From assembly GCA_021371915.1 (NCBI GenBank), contig JAJFVG010000144.1, positions 28,328 to 92,327 of the forward strand: DNA of 64,000 bases, read 5' to 3'. Made by a program: the position numbers and the translations under genes. The DNA comes from Nitrospiraceae bacterium. GTDB taxonomy: Bacteria; Nitrospirota; Thermodesulfovibrionia; Thermodesulfovibrionales; Dissulfurispiraceae. Each line of letters starts with the position of its first letter. Position 1 is the first letter of the stretch. Shown one piece after another: positions 10,577 through 21,327 of this stretch. Below the pieces are notes generated by a model. It did not search any database and had not been told where the DNA came from. It saw nothing but the letters and a program-made list of their open reading frames with translations.

Positions 10577-10582
10577 TTCCCA

Positions 10583-11401
10583 ATGATATCATTCGGTTTT
10601 TCACCATGCCCAAATGACACCATGATATTCGGAGCGCTTGCCTGCGGAAAGGTGAGCAGACCGGGATTCGAATTCGAATTCACCATTGATGATGTCGAGT
10701 CCCTGAACAACCTAGCTCTTGCCGGGTCCCTTCACGTGTCAAAGGTATCATGCCATGCCTACTGCCATCTGCGCGAGAGCTACACCTTTTTAAACTGCGG
10801 CGGAGCATTCGGAAGAGGCTGCGGCCCGCTGATCGTTGCAAGAGACAAAAACCTGAAGATAAACGAAAAAACAAAAATCGCAGCGCCCGGCAGATACACC
10901 ACCGCTGCGCTGCTGCTGTCCATGTATCTGGATGCAGAGTACGGCATAGAGCATCCGGATATCATTCATATGCCCTTCAACGAGATAATGAGCGCAGTAA
11001 GCGACGGAAGAGCTGATCTCGGACTGATAATTCATGAAAGCAGGTTCACCTATCAGCGCCTTGGACTGAGCATGATTGCCGACCTCGGGGCCTGGTGGGA
11101 AAAAGAGACCGGCCTGCCTATTCCACTTGGCGGTATTGCGGCAAAAAAAGAACTCGGCAGCAGCACAATTCAGGCCATTGAAGAACTTATACGAAAGAGT
11201 TTAAGATATGGACTTGAAAACAGGGCTGAGGCGATGCGCTATATCAAACTGCACGCGCAGGAACTGGATGAAGATGTGATAAACAGCCATATAAATCTTT
11301 ATGTTAACGACTATACTTTAGATATGGGTACTGATGGAGCAGCAGCGCTTTATGAACTCACAAGACGCTTCGACAACATGCGCAGGGAAACAGAACAATG
11401 A
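10583..11401 (+). CDS. mqnD: 1,4-dihydroxy-6-naphthoate synthase (futalosine pathway) MqnD
   Basis: The N-terminal FSPCPNDT motif and a periplasmic-binding-protein-like fold pattern are typical of MqnD. 272 aa. Confidence 0.8.
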   Translation: MISFGFSPCPNDTMIFGALACGKVSRPGFEFEFTIDDVESLNNLALAGSLHVSKVSCHAYCHLRESYTFLNCGGAFGRGCGPLIVARDKNLKINEKTKIAAPGRYTTAALLLSMYLDAEYGIEHPDIIHMPFNEIMSAVSDGRADLGLIIHESRFTYQRLGLSMIADLGAWWEKETGLPIPLGGIAAKKELGSSTIQAIEELIRKSLRYGLENRAEAMRYIKLHAQELDEDVINSHINLYVNDYTLDMGTDGAAALYELTRRFDNMRRETEQ

Positions 11402-13107
11402 TGACTGAACTGATAAACGAATTCACCAGCGAGCCGAAGATAGCCTACTTTTCGATGGAGATCGGGGTGCGCTCAGACATGCCAACATACAGCGGCGGTC
11501 TCGGCATACTTGCCGGCGACACAATAAAATCAGCAGCAGACCTTTCGCTGCCGATCGTGGCAGTCACCCTGCTCACCAAGAAGGGCTATTTCAAACAGGA
11601 GATCGACCTCTTCGGCAGACAGCATGAGCATCCGGAGTCATGGAACCCATCCGACTTTATGCAGATGATGCCTCAGCGCGCAATTGTGAAGATAGAGGGC
11701 AGGAGTGTTCAGGTCGCACCCTGGCTCTATGTGGTGCAGAGCGCAGCAGGCGGCAAGGTGCCTATGCTGTTTCTCGACACAGACCTGCCGGAAAACAGCG
11801 AGCAGGACAGGGGCATAACCCACCACCTCTATGGAGGCGACGACATATACAGGCTCAAACAGGAGATCGTGCTCGGCATAGGCGGGTACAACCTGCTGGA
11901 GCAGATAGGATTTGAGATCAAGAAGTACCACATGAACGAAGGGCACTCCAGCCTGCTTACACTTCAACTGCTCAACAAATTCAAAAAGAATATCGAGGAT
12001 GTGTGGGACGAAAAACACATATGGGACTACAAGAGTGTAAGAAGGCTTTGCGTCTTTACCACACATACGCCTGTTGCAGCAGGGCACGACAAGTTTTCCT
12101 ATGATGTTGTACAGCAGGTTATGGGAACCGACATAATACCGCTGAATGTCATAAAGGAGTATGGCGGAAACGAACATCTAAACCTCACAATGCTAGCTCT
12201 GAACCTGAGCAAATATGTAAACGGCGTTGCGAAGAAACACAAAGAAGTCTCAAAGGACATGTTCCCCGGCTATGAGATACATGCGGTCACAAACGGCGTG
12301 CACTCTTTCACATGGACATGCGAGCCGATGAAAAGGCTCTTCGACAAATACCTGCCGGGATGGGCAAATGAACCCGAAATATTCGTGCGTGTAGGCCGCA
12401 TACCCGATGAAGAGCTCTGGGCAGCGCATATGGAAGCAAAAAAACATCTGATAGACTACCTGAACCGCCAGACGCAGACAGGCATGAACTATGACACGTT
12501 CACAATCGGATTTGCCCGCAGGGCCACTGCTTACAAACGGGCAGATCTGCTCTTCAGCAATATAGACCGGCTGCTCCAGTCAGCTGAAGGAAGGGTGCAG
12601 ATAATTTATGCAGGCAAGGCGCATCCGCGCGATGAACACGGCAAACAGCTTATCGAAAAGATTTTCGAGATAAAGGAACGGCTCAAGGACAAGATAAAAA
12701 TTGCCTACCTCAACAACTACAACATGGAGTTGTCGCTGAAAATAGTATCAGGCGTTGATGTATGGCTCAACACCCCGCTGAGGCCCCTTGAGGCTTCAGG
12801 CACAAGCGGCATGAAGGCAGCACACAACGGAGTGCCGAACTTCAGCGTGCTGGACGGCTGGTGGATAGAAGGACATATCGAGGGCTACACAGGCTGGGCC
12901 ATAGGGCCTTCAGCAGAAACGCCAGCTGATCCGAGCCGCGATGCGGATGATCTTTACTACAAACTTGATCACATAATACTGCCGATGTTTTATGAGAACA
13001 GGCATCTCTGGGTACGGGTAATGCAGAATGCGATAGGCAAAAATGCCTACTACTTCAACTCGCACAGGATGATGCGCAGGTACGTCACTGAAGCATACAT
13101 CAGATAA
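11398..13107 (+). CDS. glgP: alpha-glucan family phosphorylase (GT35 glycogen/maltodextrin phosphorylase)
   Basis: [13 protein letters not shown] near the N-terminus and the pyridoxal-phosphate Lys motif [18 protein letters not shown] overlap with mqnD. Confidence 0.9.
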   Translation: MMTELINEFTSEPKIAYFSMEIGVRSDMPTYSGGLGILAGDTIKSAADLSLPIVAVTLLTKKGYFKQEIDLFGRQHEHPESWNPSDFMQMMPQRAIVKIEGRSVQVAPWLYVVQSAAGGKVPMLFLDTDLPENSEQDRGITHHLYGGDDIYRLKQEIVLGIGGYNLLEQIGFEIKKYHMNEGHSSLLTLQLLNKFKKNIEDVWDEKHIWDYKSVRRLCVFTTHTPVAAGHDKFSYDVVQQVMGTDIIPLNVIKEYGGNEHLNLTMLALNLSKYVNGVAKKHKEVSKDMFPGYEIHAVTNGVHSFTWTCEPMKRLFDKYLPGWANEPEIFVRVGRIPDEELWAAHMEAKKHLIDYLNRQTQTGMNYDTFTIGFARRATAYKRADLLFSNIDRLLQSAEGRVQIIYAGKAHPRDEHGKQLIEKIFEIKERLKDKIKIAYLNNYNMELSLKIVSGVDVWLNTPLRPLEASGTSGMKAAHNGVPNFSVLDGWWIEGHIEGYTGWAIGPSAETPADPSRDADDLYYKLDHIILPMFYENRHLWVRVMQNAIGKNAYYFNSHRMMRRYVTEAYIR

Positions 13108-13753
13108 TCCGTCCGTCTTTCATATGCACAACCCTGTCGCAGCGCTGCGCAAGCTCATTGTTATGAGTGATCATCACAACAGCAAGCCCTTTGTGGGCAA
13201 GTGACCGCAGCAGTTCAAATATCTTTTCGCTGTTATCAGTATCAAGATTGCCTGTCGGCTCATCAGCAAGCACAACCTCCGGATTATTGACAAGCGCCCT
13301 GGCTATCGCAACGCGCTGCATCTCTCCGCCGCTCAGCTGGCTCGGCAGATGCTCCTCCCTGTGTTCAAGCCCCACAATCCTGAGCAGGCTGCGAATATGC
13401 TGAGGGTCTGGAGATGTCTTGCTGAAGATCAGAGGCAGAGCTACATTCCTGAAAACACTCAGCCCCGGTATGAGATAAAACTGCTGAAATATGAAGCCTA
13501 TCTTTTTGCGCCTCACATTCACCAGATCAGGCTCTCTCATGCGCGCAGCGTCAATGCCGTCAATCAGCACTGAACCGCCTGTCGGGGTATCAAGACATCC
13601 GAGCATATGCAGCAGCGTGGTCTTGCCTGCGCCTGATGGCCCCACTATCGCCAAAAGTTCATTGCGGGAAACATCAAGGTTCACTTCCCTAAGGGCATGC
13701 ACCTCTTCAGCGCCGCGCCTGTAAGTTTTTTTGATATCTTTAAGTTCGATCAT
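13100..13753 (-). CDS. ABC transporter ATP-binding protein (MacB/LolD-like)
   Basis: Walker [10 protein letters not shown], signature LSGGEMQR and Walker B VVLADEPT. Confidence 0.9.
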   Translation of the reverse strand: MIELKDIKKTYRRGAEEVHALREVNLDVSRNELLAIVGPSGAGKTTLLHMLGCLDTPTGGSVLIDGIDAARMREPDLVNVRRKKIGFIFQQFYLIPGLSVFRNVALPLIFSKTSPDPQHIRSLLRIVGLEHREEHLPSQLSGGEMQRVAIARALVNNPEVVLADEPTGNLDTDNSEKIFELLRSLAHKGLAVVMITHNNELAQRCDRVVHMKDGRII

Positions 13754-14913
13754 CCCTTTATGGCCTCAACAGGATTTATTTTCGATGCCTTCCATGCAGG
13801 ATACAGAGATGAGGCTATGCCTATGAAAAAGGCGAACATGATGCTTCCGGCTGCGAGGCCGGGTTCGAGCGCAAGTATCTCTCCGCTCGGCACATAAGGC
13901 ATCACCTTTCTGACAAAGGACTCAATAAGTCTGCTGCCTGCAAGCGAGATGATAATGCCGAGCACCCCGCCCGAAAATGTGAGCATGGTCGTCTCAATCA
14001 CCACCATCCTGAATATATCAGCGCGGGAAGCCCCTACTGCCCGCATCATCCCGATCTCGTTTGTGCGCTCAAATACCGTCATCAGTATCGAGTTCATCAC
14101 ACCGACAGCGCTTATGAATATGGCGATAAATGCTATCGAAAGACTGAGCGCCTTTGCTGATGCAGCCAGGTTAAGTATCGAGTTCATCACCTGATTCATG
14201 GTGACTATCTGTATGCCGGGAACCTTCTCTGTAAGCGTTTCCGTAATCCTGCCCACAAGCTCAGGGTCTTTCACCTTCACTCCTACTGCCGTAGCGCCGC
14301 CGGGTTTATCAAGAAGCTGCTGCGCAGCAGAAAGCGGCAGGTATGTGAACGCATCATCCTGGCTGTCTGTCTTTTCGAGCACTCCGGCCACACGGAATCC
14401 GGTCTTAACATTTGGATAGCTGACCATGTCTCCTGGCTTCAGGTTGTAGTGGGCTGCAACCTCTGAACCCACTATTATCTCGCTATCCTTTTCAGGAACA
14501 GAGCCCTTCACCCTCCAGGCTGGTTTGACAATCCTGAGATGCTTCATCTCCATTCCGTAGATGAGATCAACCCTGTTCTTTTGCGTATTGGGCAGCTGCG
14601 CCACAAGCAGGGGAGATATTATCTCTATCCCATCAAGGCCTGATATCCTGGCAACAACCTCCAGATCGAGATACTTCGGGATTATCGCGCCATGCAGCAC
14701 CAATGAAGCGACCTCATGAGCGCAGCCCGAAGGCACCACCATAAAATGTATGCCTGTCTTCTGAAACTCGCGTACAAGACCTCTTTCGAATCCCCTGTTG
14801 TAAGACAGAATCGAAAAGAGTACGGCAACAGATGCAGCAATGCCGACGATCGTGAGAAGGCTTCTTGTGCGGTGACGCTTCAGATTAGTGAGCGCAAGCC
14901 GTAAAAATCCCAT
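13750..14913 (-). CDS. ABC transporter permease (FtsX/MacB-type)
   Basis: 387 aa. One N-terminal TM helix, a large periplasmic domain, then the C-terminal FtsX-like 3-TM bundle. Overlaps the ATPase gene by 4 nt. Confidence 0.85.
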   Translation of the reverse strand: MGFLRLALTNLKRHRTRSLLTIVGIAASVAVLFSILSYNRGFERGLVREFQKTGIHFMVVPSGCAHEVASLVLHGAIIPKYLDLEVVARISGLDGIEIISPLLVAQLPNTQKNRVDLIYGMEMKHLRIVKPAWRVKGSVPEKDSEIIVGSEVAAHYNLKPGDMVSYPNVKTGFRVAGVLEKTDSQDDAFTYLPLSAAQQLLDKPGGATAVGVKVKDPELVGRITETLTEKVPGIQIVTMNQVMNSILNLAASAKALSLSIAFIAIFISAVGVMNSILMTVFERTNEIGMMRAVGASRADIFRMVVIETTMLTFSGGVLGIIISLAGSRLIESFVRKVMPYVPSGEILALEPGLAAGSIMFAFFIGIASSLYPAWKASKINPVEAIKG

Positions 14914-15278
14914 TACCCGACCTCAACGCCGCTCGCTATAATCTGCATGCCGTTTGGTGAAGATGCGATCTTGCCCGTAACCCTCACCTGCTTGCCCTGA
15001 TTCGGAGGAAGAGTAAAGTTGTTTGGAGCGAGATTCACAAATATCTGGCCTGTGGTATCCACAAGAATGAACCAGCATCCGTTTGATGTGCATTGTGTTG
15101 CTATTTTCCCTTCGATTGTTACTGTCTTCCCCTCCAGAGCAGGCGTCAGATAAACATCCTTGATGCTCACTTTTGCGGCAGCAGGATCGATTCCTGTCCC
15201 AAACTTGTTCGTGCCGCACCCAGCCAGCGTAAAAGCTGTAAAGATGCAGAGCAGTGTTATCAGAAATATTTTTTTCAT
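14913..15278 (-). CDS. small lipoprotein, DUF4920-like
   Basis: Start at MKKIFLITLLCIFTAFTLAGC (lipobox LAGC) with GGGAG upstream. The motif GKIATQCTSNGCWFILVD resembles DUF4920. The 5' part of the track ORF (to 15392) has no RBS and is unlikely to be coding. Confidence 0.65.
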   Translation of the reverse strand: MKKIFLITLLCIFTAFTLAGCGTNKFGTGIDPAAAKVSIKDVYLTPALEGKTVTIEGKIATQCTSNGCWFILVDTTGQIFVNLAPNNFTLPPNQGKQVRVTGKIASSPNGMQIIASGVEVG

Positions 15279-15372
15279 ATCATCTCCCGCATGTTTTCTG
15301 GTATTAGAATATACATGCCGTATGAATAAGCTGTGAACCAAAAGTCTGATAACAAGAAACTCTAAATATTTG

Positions 15373-15399
15373 ATTATAATGATTGTGAACACCGGTCAA
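15373..15399 (-). promoter_or_regulatory. candidate sigma70 promoter of the lipoprotein/ABC operon
   Basis: Minus strand has TTGACC (15394-15399), a 15 nt spacer, then TATAAT (15373-15378). Confidence 0.4.
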
Positions 15400-15495
15400 G
15401 ATTTATAAAATCAGCGAACTGGAGAAAATAGCAGATGGATTGCTGATATGATAGCGCGCTGACCGGATTTTCAGCTTTGATGCTGCTTTGCTGAT

Positions 15496-15525
15496 TTGTA
15501 AATTATTCAGCCACGCGTTTATAAT
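15496..15525 (+). promoter_or_regulatory. candidate sigma70 promoter placed for a leaderless PBP1A transcript
   Basis: TTGTAA (15496-15501), an 18 nt spacer, then TATAAT (15520-15525). Only 6 nt (ttacag) separate it from the ATG at 15532, with no SD. Confidence 0.45.
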
Positions 15526-15531
15526 TTACAG

Positions 15532-17796
15532 ATGCGTCTTAAAGCAATCATCTTCATCTCAATAGTTTTAATCGGAATACTCACTGGCGGCTACATAGCT
15601 ATCGCCACCGGCGTGCCTTCTGTCTCGGAGCTTAAGCAGTACCGCACTTTGCCCGGAACCAAAGTATATGCTGATGACGATACGCTCATAGGCGAATTCA
15701 AGATCGAAAAAGGCGTTTATGTGCCTCTTAACCAGATGCCGAACAATCTTAAAAATGCGGTGATTGCTGTTGAAGACTCCCGCTTCATGAAGCATAAAGG
15801 AATAGACTACATCGGCATAGGCCGTGCGCTGGTTACGGATATCCTTCATGCAAGCATCAAGGAGGGCGGCAGTACAATAACCCAGCAGCTCGCAAAGGTG
15901 CTCTTCCTCTCTCCTGAAAAAACCATAAAGCGCAAACTGAGAGAAGTACAGCTCGCAGTAAAACTCGAAAACGAACTTACAAAGAACGAGATACTCGAAC
16001 TCTATTTGAACAAAGTATATTTCGGTCACGGCGCGCACGGCGTTGAGATGGCTTCAAGGGTCTACTTCGGCAAATCAGTGAGAGATCTTAATCTTGCTGA
16101 AGCAGCGCTTATAGCAGGCCTTGTCAAAGCGCCGAACACATACTCGCCCTACAACAACCTTGTCAGAGCAAAAGAGAGGCAGGAGACTGTCCTTATGCGA
16201 ATGAAGGATGAGGGATACATAACAGCAGCGCAGCAGACAGCAGCAGCCAGACATCAGATAACTTTGTCTTCACTCAGATCGCAGACAGACTCTTATGGAT
16301 ATTTTCTTGAGTATGTGCGGCAGCAGGTTGAGCTGAAGTACGGCACAGAGCTTGTCTACAAAGGCGGGCTCAAGATATACACAACCCTTGACCGGAGAGC
16401 TCAGGCGCAGGCTCAAAGAGCGCTTCAGGACGGACTGAGGGATGTTGACAAGAGACGCGGCTGGCGCGGGCCTGCCGGCAAAAAAGAAAAGACCCCTGAT
16501 GACAAGGAGCCAAAAGTTGCGTTCTCCGCATCAACCGGAGACATATCCACTGGAGTGGTGCAGTCTGTAAAACAGAAAGAAGCTACTGTAGTTGCAAGGG
16601 GAATAAAGGCGAAACTCAACATCAAGGATGCAATGTGGGCATCAAACATACTGGATAAGAAAACCGGCAGGGCAACAGTCAAAAAGAATTTCAGACTCAC
16701 AGACATACTGAATCCGGGTGACATCATATGGGTAAAATTTCTGACAGCAGGCAAAGAGGCAATAGTCAGCCTTGAACAGGAACCAGAGGTTGAAGGGTCT
16801 CTTGTATCGCTCGATCCTGAAACAGGTTACGTAAGGGCTGTAACAGGCGGATTCAGCTTCACAAAGAGCGAATACAACAGGGCTCTGCTCGCAAAGCGGC
16901 AGCCTGGTTCATCCTTCAAGCCTGTCATTTTCGCCGCAGCTCTAGAACATGGATTTTCTCCTGCAAGCGTTATCAACGATGAGCCTGTATCCTACAGGGG
17001 CGCAAATGGAGAAAGCTGGAAGCCGGAAAACTACGACAAAAAATTTATGGGCCCCACAAGACTCAGAGAAGCGCTTGCGTATTCAAGAAACATTGTTACC
17101 GTAAAGCTGATAGAAGCGCTCGGCATAGACAAGGTACTCAACCTCGCAAAAGAGATCGGCATTGAAACAGACTTGCCAAGGGACTTTACCATAGCCCTCG
17201 GCTCCACTGGCGTAACACCGCTCGAACTGACAGCCGCATATTCCGCATTCGCAAACGGAGGCATGAAGGTGAAGCCTGTCTGGATAAAATACATAACCGA
17301 CAGCCGCGACAGCGTGCTGGAAGACAACGAGCCAGAGACCGTGGCTGCCATGTCGCCGCAGGCATCATTCCTGCTCACATCAATGCTGCAGGATGTCATC
17401 AAATACGGAACAGGCACAAGGGCAAACATAGGCAGACCCGCAGCAGGCAAGACAGGCACATCAAATGACTTCAAGGATGCATGGTTCATCGGCTACACAC
17501 CTGAGCTTATCACATGCGTATGGGTTGGGTATGATGACATGAGACGCACACTCGGTCATGGAGAGACAGGCGGCAGGGCTGCTGCCCCTATATGGGCAAG
17601 ATACATGAGCTCTGTGCTTTCAGATACGCCGGCAACGGATTTTACCGTGCCTGAAGGAATAGAACAGGTGGTTATAGGCAGGGTCGGAGGGCTGTTTTCA
17701 GCTCCTGTTTACGAATACTTCAAAGAAGGCACTGTGCCTGAACTTATAGCCCCTGCCAAATCACTCCGTGGGGTGGTCGAGGCTGATCACGACTGA
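15532..17796 (+). CDS. mrcA: class A penicillin-binding protein (PBP1A; glycosyltransferase plus transpeptidase)
   Basis: GT51 motifs EDSRFMKHKGID and GGSTITQQL. Transpeptidase motifs SSFKP, SRN and KTGT. N-terminal TM anchor. Confidence 0.95.
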   Translation: MRLKAIIFISIVLIGILTGGYIAIATGVPSVSELKQYRTLPGTKVYADDDTLIGEFKIEKGVYVPLNQMPNNLKNAVIAVEDSRFMKHKGIDYIGIGRALVTDILHASIKEGGSTITQQLAKVLFLSPEKTIKRKLREVQLAVKLENELTKNEILELYLNKVYFGHGAHGVEMASRVYFGKSVRDLNLAEAALIAGLVKAPNTYSPYNNLVRAKERQETVLMRMKDEGYITAAQQTAAARHQITLSSLRSQTDSYGYFLEYVRQQVELKYGTELVYKGGLKIYTTLDRRAQAQAQRALQDGLRDVDKRRGWRGPAGKKEKTPDDKEPKVAFSASTGDISTGVVQSVKQKEATVVARGIKAKLNIKDAMWASNILDKKTGRATVKKNFRLTDILNPGDIIWVKFLTAGKEAIVSLEQEPEVEGSLVSLDPETGYVRAVTGGFSFTKSEYNRALLAKRQPGSSFKPVIFAAALEHGFSPASVINDEPVSYRGANGESWKPENYDKKFMGPTRLREALAYSRNIVTVKLIEALGIDKVLNLAKEIGIETDLPRDFTIALGSTGVTPLELTAAYSAFANGGMKVKPVWIKYITDSRDSVLEDNEPETVAAMSPQASFLLTSMLQDVIKYGTGTRANIGRPAAGKTGTSNDFKDAWFIGYTPELITCVWVGYDDMRRTLGHGETGGRAAAPIWARYMSSVLSDTPATDFTVPEGIEQVVIGRVGGLFSAPVYEYFKEGTVPELIAPAKSLRGVVEADHD

Positions 17797-18246
17797 TCAG
17801 TTTTTAGCCCGGTTGTAGGAAAGATACACAACACATTCTTGGCATCCATCCGCTGAACAGCTCTTGTTGCAAATAGTCTTGCTCAGTTCCCAGCATGGTT
17901 TTGCCTTGTTGCGGAACGCAGTGCATTTCACGCGCTTCTCCTCAGGACAATCCGTTATCTCCCAGCACGGAGCATAGTCGAGCAGTTTTTTTATTCCCTG
18001 GATGCTGATCTTTTTGTTGTGTATAAGGTCTCTTATGCAGATGAGCCATTTGACATCATTATCGGAAAAGAAACGGTTCCTGTTTCTGCGTGCAGGTTTT
18101 ATAAGACCGTGTTTTTCATAAAGCCTTAGTGTCTGATCGGTTATTCCTATAAGCTCTGCAACCACGCCTATCGTATAAAGCGGCAAATCTTTTTTTGAGA
18201 TTTCATTTTTTACTGTCTCTTTTTTTATTGCCTCGTTTTTATTCAT
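17797..18246 (-). CDS. MerR-family transcriptional regulator with a C-terminal 8-Cys domain
   Basis: MerR HTH (YTIGVVAELIGITDQTLRLYEKHGLIKPAR) followed by APCWEITDCPEEKRVKCTAFRNKAKPCWELSKTICNKSCSADGCQECVVY. Confidence 0.8.
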   Translation of the reverse strand: MNKNEAIKKETVKNEISKKDLPLYTIGVVAELIGITDQTLRLYEKHGLIKPARRNRNRFFSDNDVKWLICIRDLIHNKKISIQGIKKLLDYAPCWEITDCPEEKRVKCTAFRNKAKPCWELSKTICNKSCSADGCQECVVYLSYNRAKN

Positions 18247-18340
18247 ACCCTGTCCGCCCCGTTATTGTTTTTGTCGCCTGATGATCCGGCCTTTTTTATA
18301 ATGTAAATGCTGTAATGGGATAAAAGCAAGGAAGGCAATC

Positions 18341-20973
18341 TCAGAAATTGCGGCAGCGCTGTCCACCTGCCTGTGCTGCAGCAGATTTTGCAAAGTTGAT
18401 CTCATCATCTTTTGTTGCGAGGCGTCCCAGCAGTTTCTCCTCTGTGATCCTGCTGAATATCTCTGAATATAAAGGCCCGGGCTGAATGCCCAGCTTCTTC
18501 AGATCATCACCCTTTAAGATCGGTTTTATGTGTCTGGACTCCAGCAGATAATGTGTAGCGGATTTACTGAAATCCTTTTGGGCTGAAAGCGCCATCGCAA
18601 AGATGATCGCTTCCACAGGGCGTTCTGAAAAGAGCCTGAAGTTTTTAATTATGTTGCCGGCACTATAAAACCTTACAGCCTCTTTGGCAAGACTTATCAG
18701 CTTGAGTATTTCCAGGCCTGCCTTTTGCTGTATGGAGAGCCGCTTTATCAACGACTCCCTTTCGCCTCTTTCGAGTCTAAGCGCCAAAGCCATGATATAA
18801 AGCTCAGTCCTGTTTATCCGCTCCTCCGGGAATGAGAGTTCGAACCATGCTATTGCATCATGCAGCCCGCGCAGGAGCGCGCCAAGCTCCCGGTTGTAGT
18901 ACAGCTTGGGATGGACAGTCCTGAGCAGGTTGAAATCAGACAGACGCTTTATCACCTTTACTGGTTCAGCCTCATGGAATATCAGATCAAGTTCATCAAT
19001 TATCCTCTGGCCAGAGAGCTTTTCGAATATGTTCATTTTTACCGCAAGCTTTATAAGATTTTCAGTATGTTTTGATATCCTGAAGTCAAAGCGCTCGGCA
19101 AACCTTACTGCCCTGAATGCGCGGGTCGGATCCTCCACAAAACTGAGGTTGTGCAGCACCCTTATCATCCTGTCCTTTATGTCGCGCTGGCCTCCGAAAA
19201 AATCGATCAGATGACCAAAATCTTTTTTGTTCAGTTTTACTGCCAGCGTGTTGATCGTAAAATCCCTGCGGTAGAGGTCTTTTTTTATCGAAGATGTTTC
19301 CACCCTGGGAAGCGCTGCAGGATGTTCATAATACTCGGTTCTTGAAGTGGCCACATCAAGGCTCATGCCTTCTTTTGCCAGATGAGCGGTCCTGAAACGC
19401 TGGTGCACAGCAACCTTTGCCTTGACGGCGTCAGCGAGTTTTCTGGCAAATGCTATCCCATCGCCCTCAACAACTATATCTATATCGAGGTTTTCCTCTC
19501 CGCGCAGCATGTCCCTTACGCTGCCGCCCACAAGGTACGCGTTCATGTCTGTATTGTCAGCTGTCTGACCAGCTATAAGCAGCAGCTCATAAAAATCCCT
19601 GGGGAGCTTCTCTTTCAGAATGCGGTTTATATTCCTGCTGAAGTCATACTGGCCTGCTGAGGTATCCCTGTCAGCCATCCTGCTTTTGCGCATGAAAGAT
19701 TCATACATGCTCCTGAGAAGGTCTGTCCTGGTTATTGCGCCTGCAATAGCGCTGCCTTCAAGTACAGCGACAAACCTCTGGTTGTTTCTGACCATCTGCT
19801 CCTCAACCTCTGAAACAGGCGTATCCGGCGATGCTGTTACAGCATCAATAGTGGCAAAGTCTGCGCACCTGCTGCTGCCTAGATTATGGAAAAGGGCCTT
19901 CTCAACCACTTCTCTGGTTATGATACCCATATACTCGCTTCTCTTCACAACAGGCAGCACGTTAACACCGTAGCGCGTCATCAGCGCCTCTGCATCGCTT
20001 ATCCTGCTGCTGTGCTGCACAGTTACTACCGGAGATGTCATTATGTCGCGGGCTGTTCTTATATTCCTGACGATCTTCCTGAGCTGCTCTGAGATCTGCT
20101 CCTCTATCACCTCAAAAGGCACTTCCTTGACAGTTGCTGAAGATGCATAGGCATGGCCGCCTCCGCCGAATACAGAAAGCAGTCTGGATGTATCAAGTTC
20201 AGACACCCTGCTTCTGGCAACAAGCGCTATCTTGTCTTCAGAAGCCACCATCAGCACAAGCGCGTCAATGTCCTCCATATCCATAATCCTGGAGGCAAGA
20301 TGAGCTGCGTCACCGAACTCTTCAGTCCTGCCGCGCGCCAGACCTATCCTCACTCCATGTATCACAATCTCTTTCATAGATTGTGCTATCTGGTTGAGCA
20401 GTGCAAGTTCTTCAGTGCTCATGGTTGTTTTGAGAAAGCTCGCAACAATATTGAGGTCTGCTCCCCGCCTCATCAGAAATGCTGCTGCCATAAGATCTCT
20501 TGGAGTTGTTGATTTAAAGATAAGCGAACCTGTCTCTTCATATATGCCGAGGCAGAGCGCTGTTGCCTCTATGGGCGTAATCGCTATCTTCCTTTCCTGA
20601 ATAATTTCTGCAAGTATTGTGGATGCAGCTCCAACCTCTTCATAAACCTCCACCTCGCCCCTTATGTCATTGCCTGATGCAGGATGGTGGTCGTATATAT
20701 GCACTGCGATGCCGGGCTTTGTCAGCAGTTCTTTGAGCTGTCCGATTCTGTCGGGGTGTTTTACATCAACCACTATCAGCCGGGTAACATCTTCAGGCTT
20801 TATGTCCTTAAGCTTCTTTATGTCGATCGGATGGAATGCATCCAGAAAATCCCTCACCTTTTTTTCGAGTGAGCCGGGAAAGACCACGGATGCATCTGGG
20901 TAGAGACGCTTTGCTGCCATAACCGAGGCAAGAGCGTCAAAGTCAGCATTGAGGTGTGAAGTGATCAGGTCCA

Positions 20974-20974
<1 letters not shown>
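18341..20974 (-). CDS. DHH/DHHA1 phosphoesterase - tandem CBS - class II nucleotidyltransferase (CCA-adding / poly(A) polymerase family) fusion protein
   Basis: 877 aa. The N-terminus has DHH-family motifs (HLNADFDALAS, DHHP, GGGGH). A CBS pair sits in the middle. The C-terminal half has YLVGGSVRDMLRG...DIDIVV, RRDFTINTLA and an HD-less tRNA-NT tail. Confidence 0.85.

Positions 20975-21327
<353 letters not shown>

Noticed and set aside
14913-15392. The full 159-aa track ORF for the lipoprotein gene, and likewise the upstream-extended track starts for mscL (53267), mazG (39085), rubredoxin (38237), nrpR (22338), pycB (42201) and the Lon-like gene (3572).
   Set aside because: The extensions lack an RBS, run through terminator hairpins, promoters or the gene's own SD, and add non-conserved residues. 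Internal ATGs with GGAGG-type sites 5-8 nt upstream match the canonical N-termini of the families.
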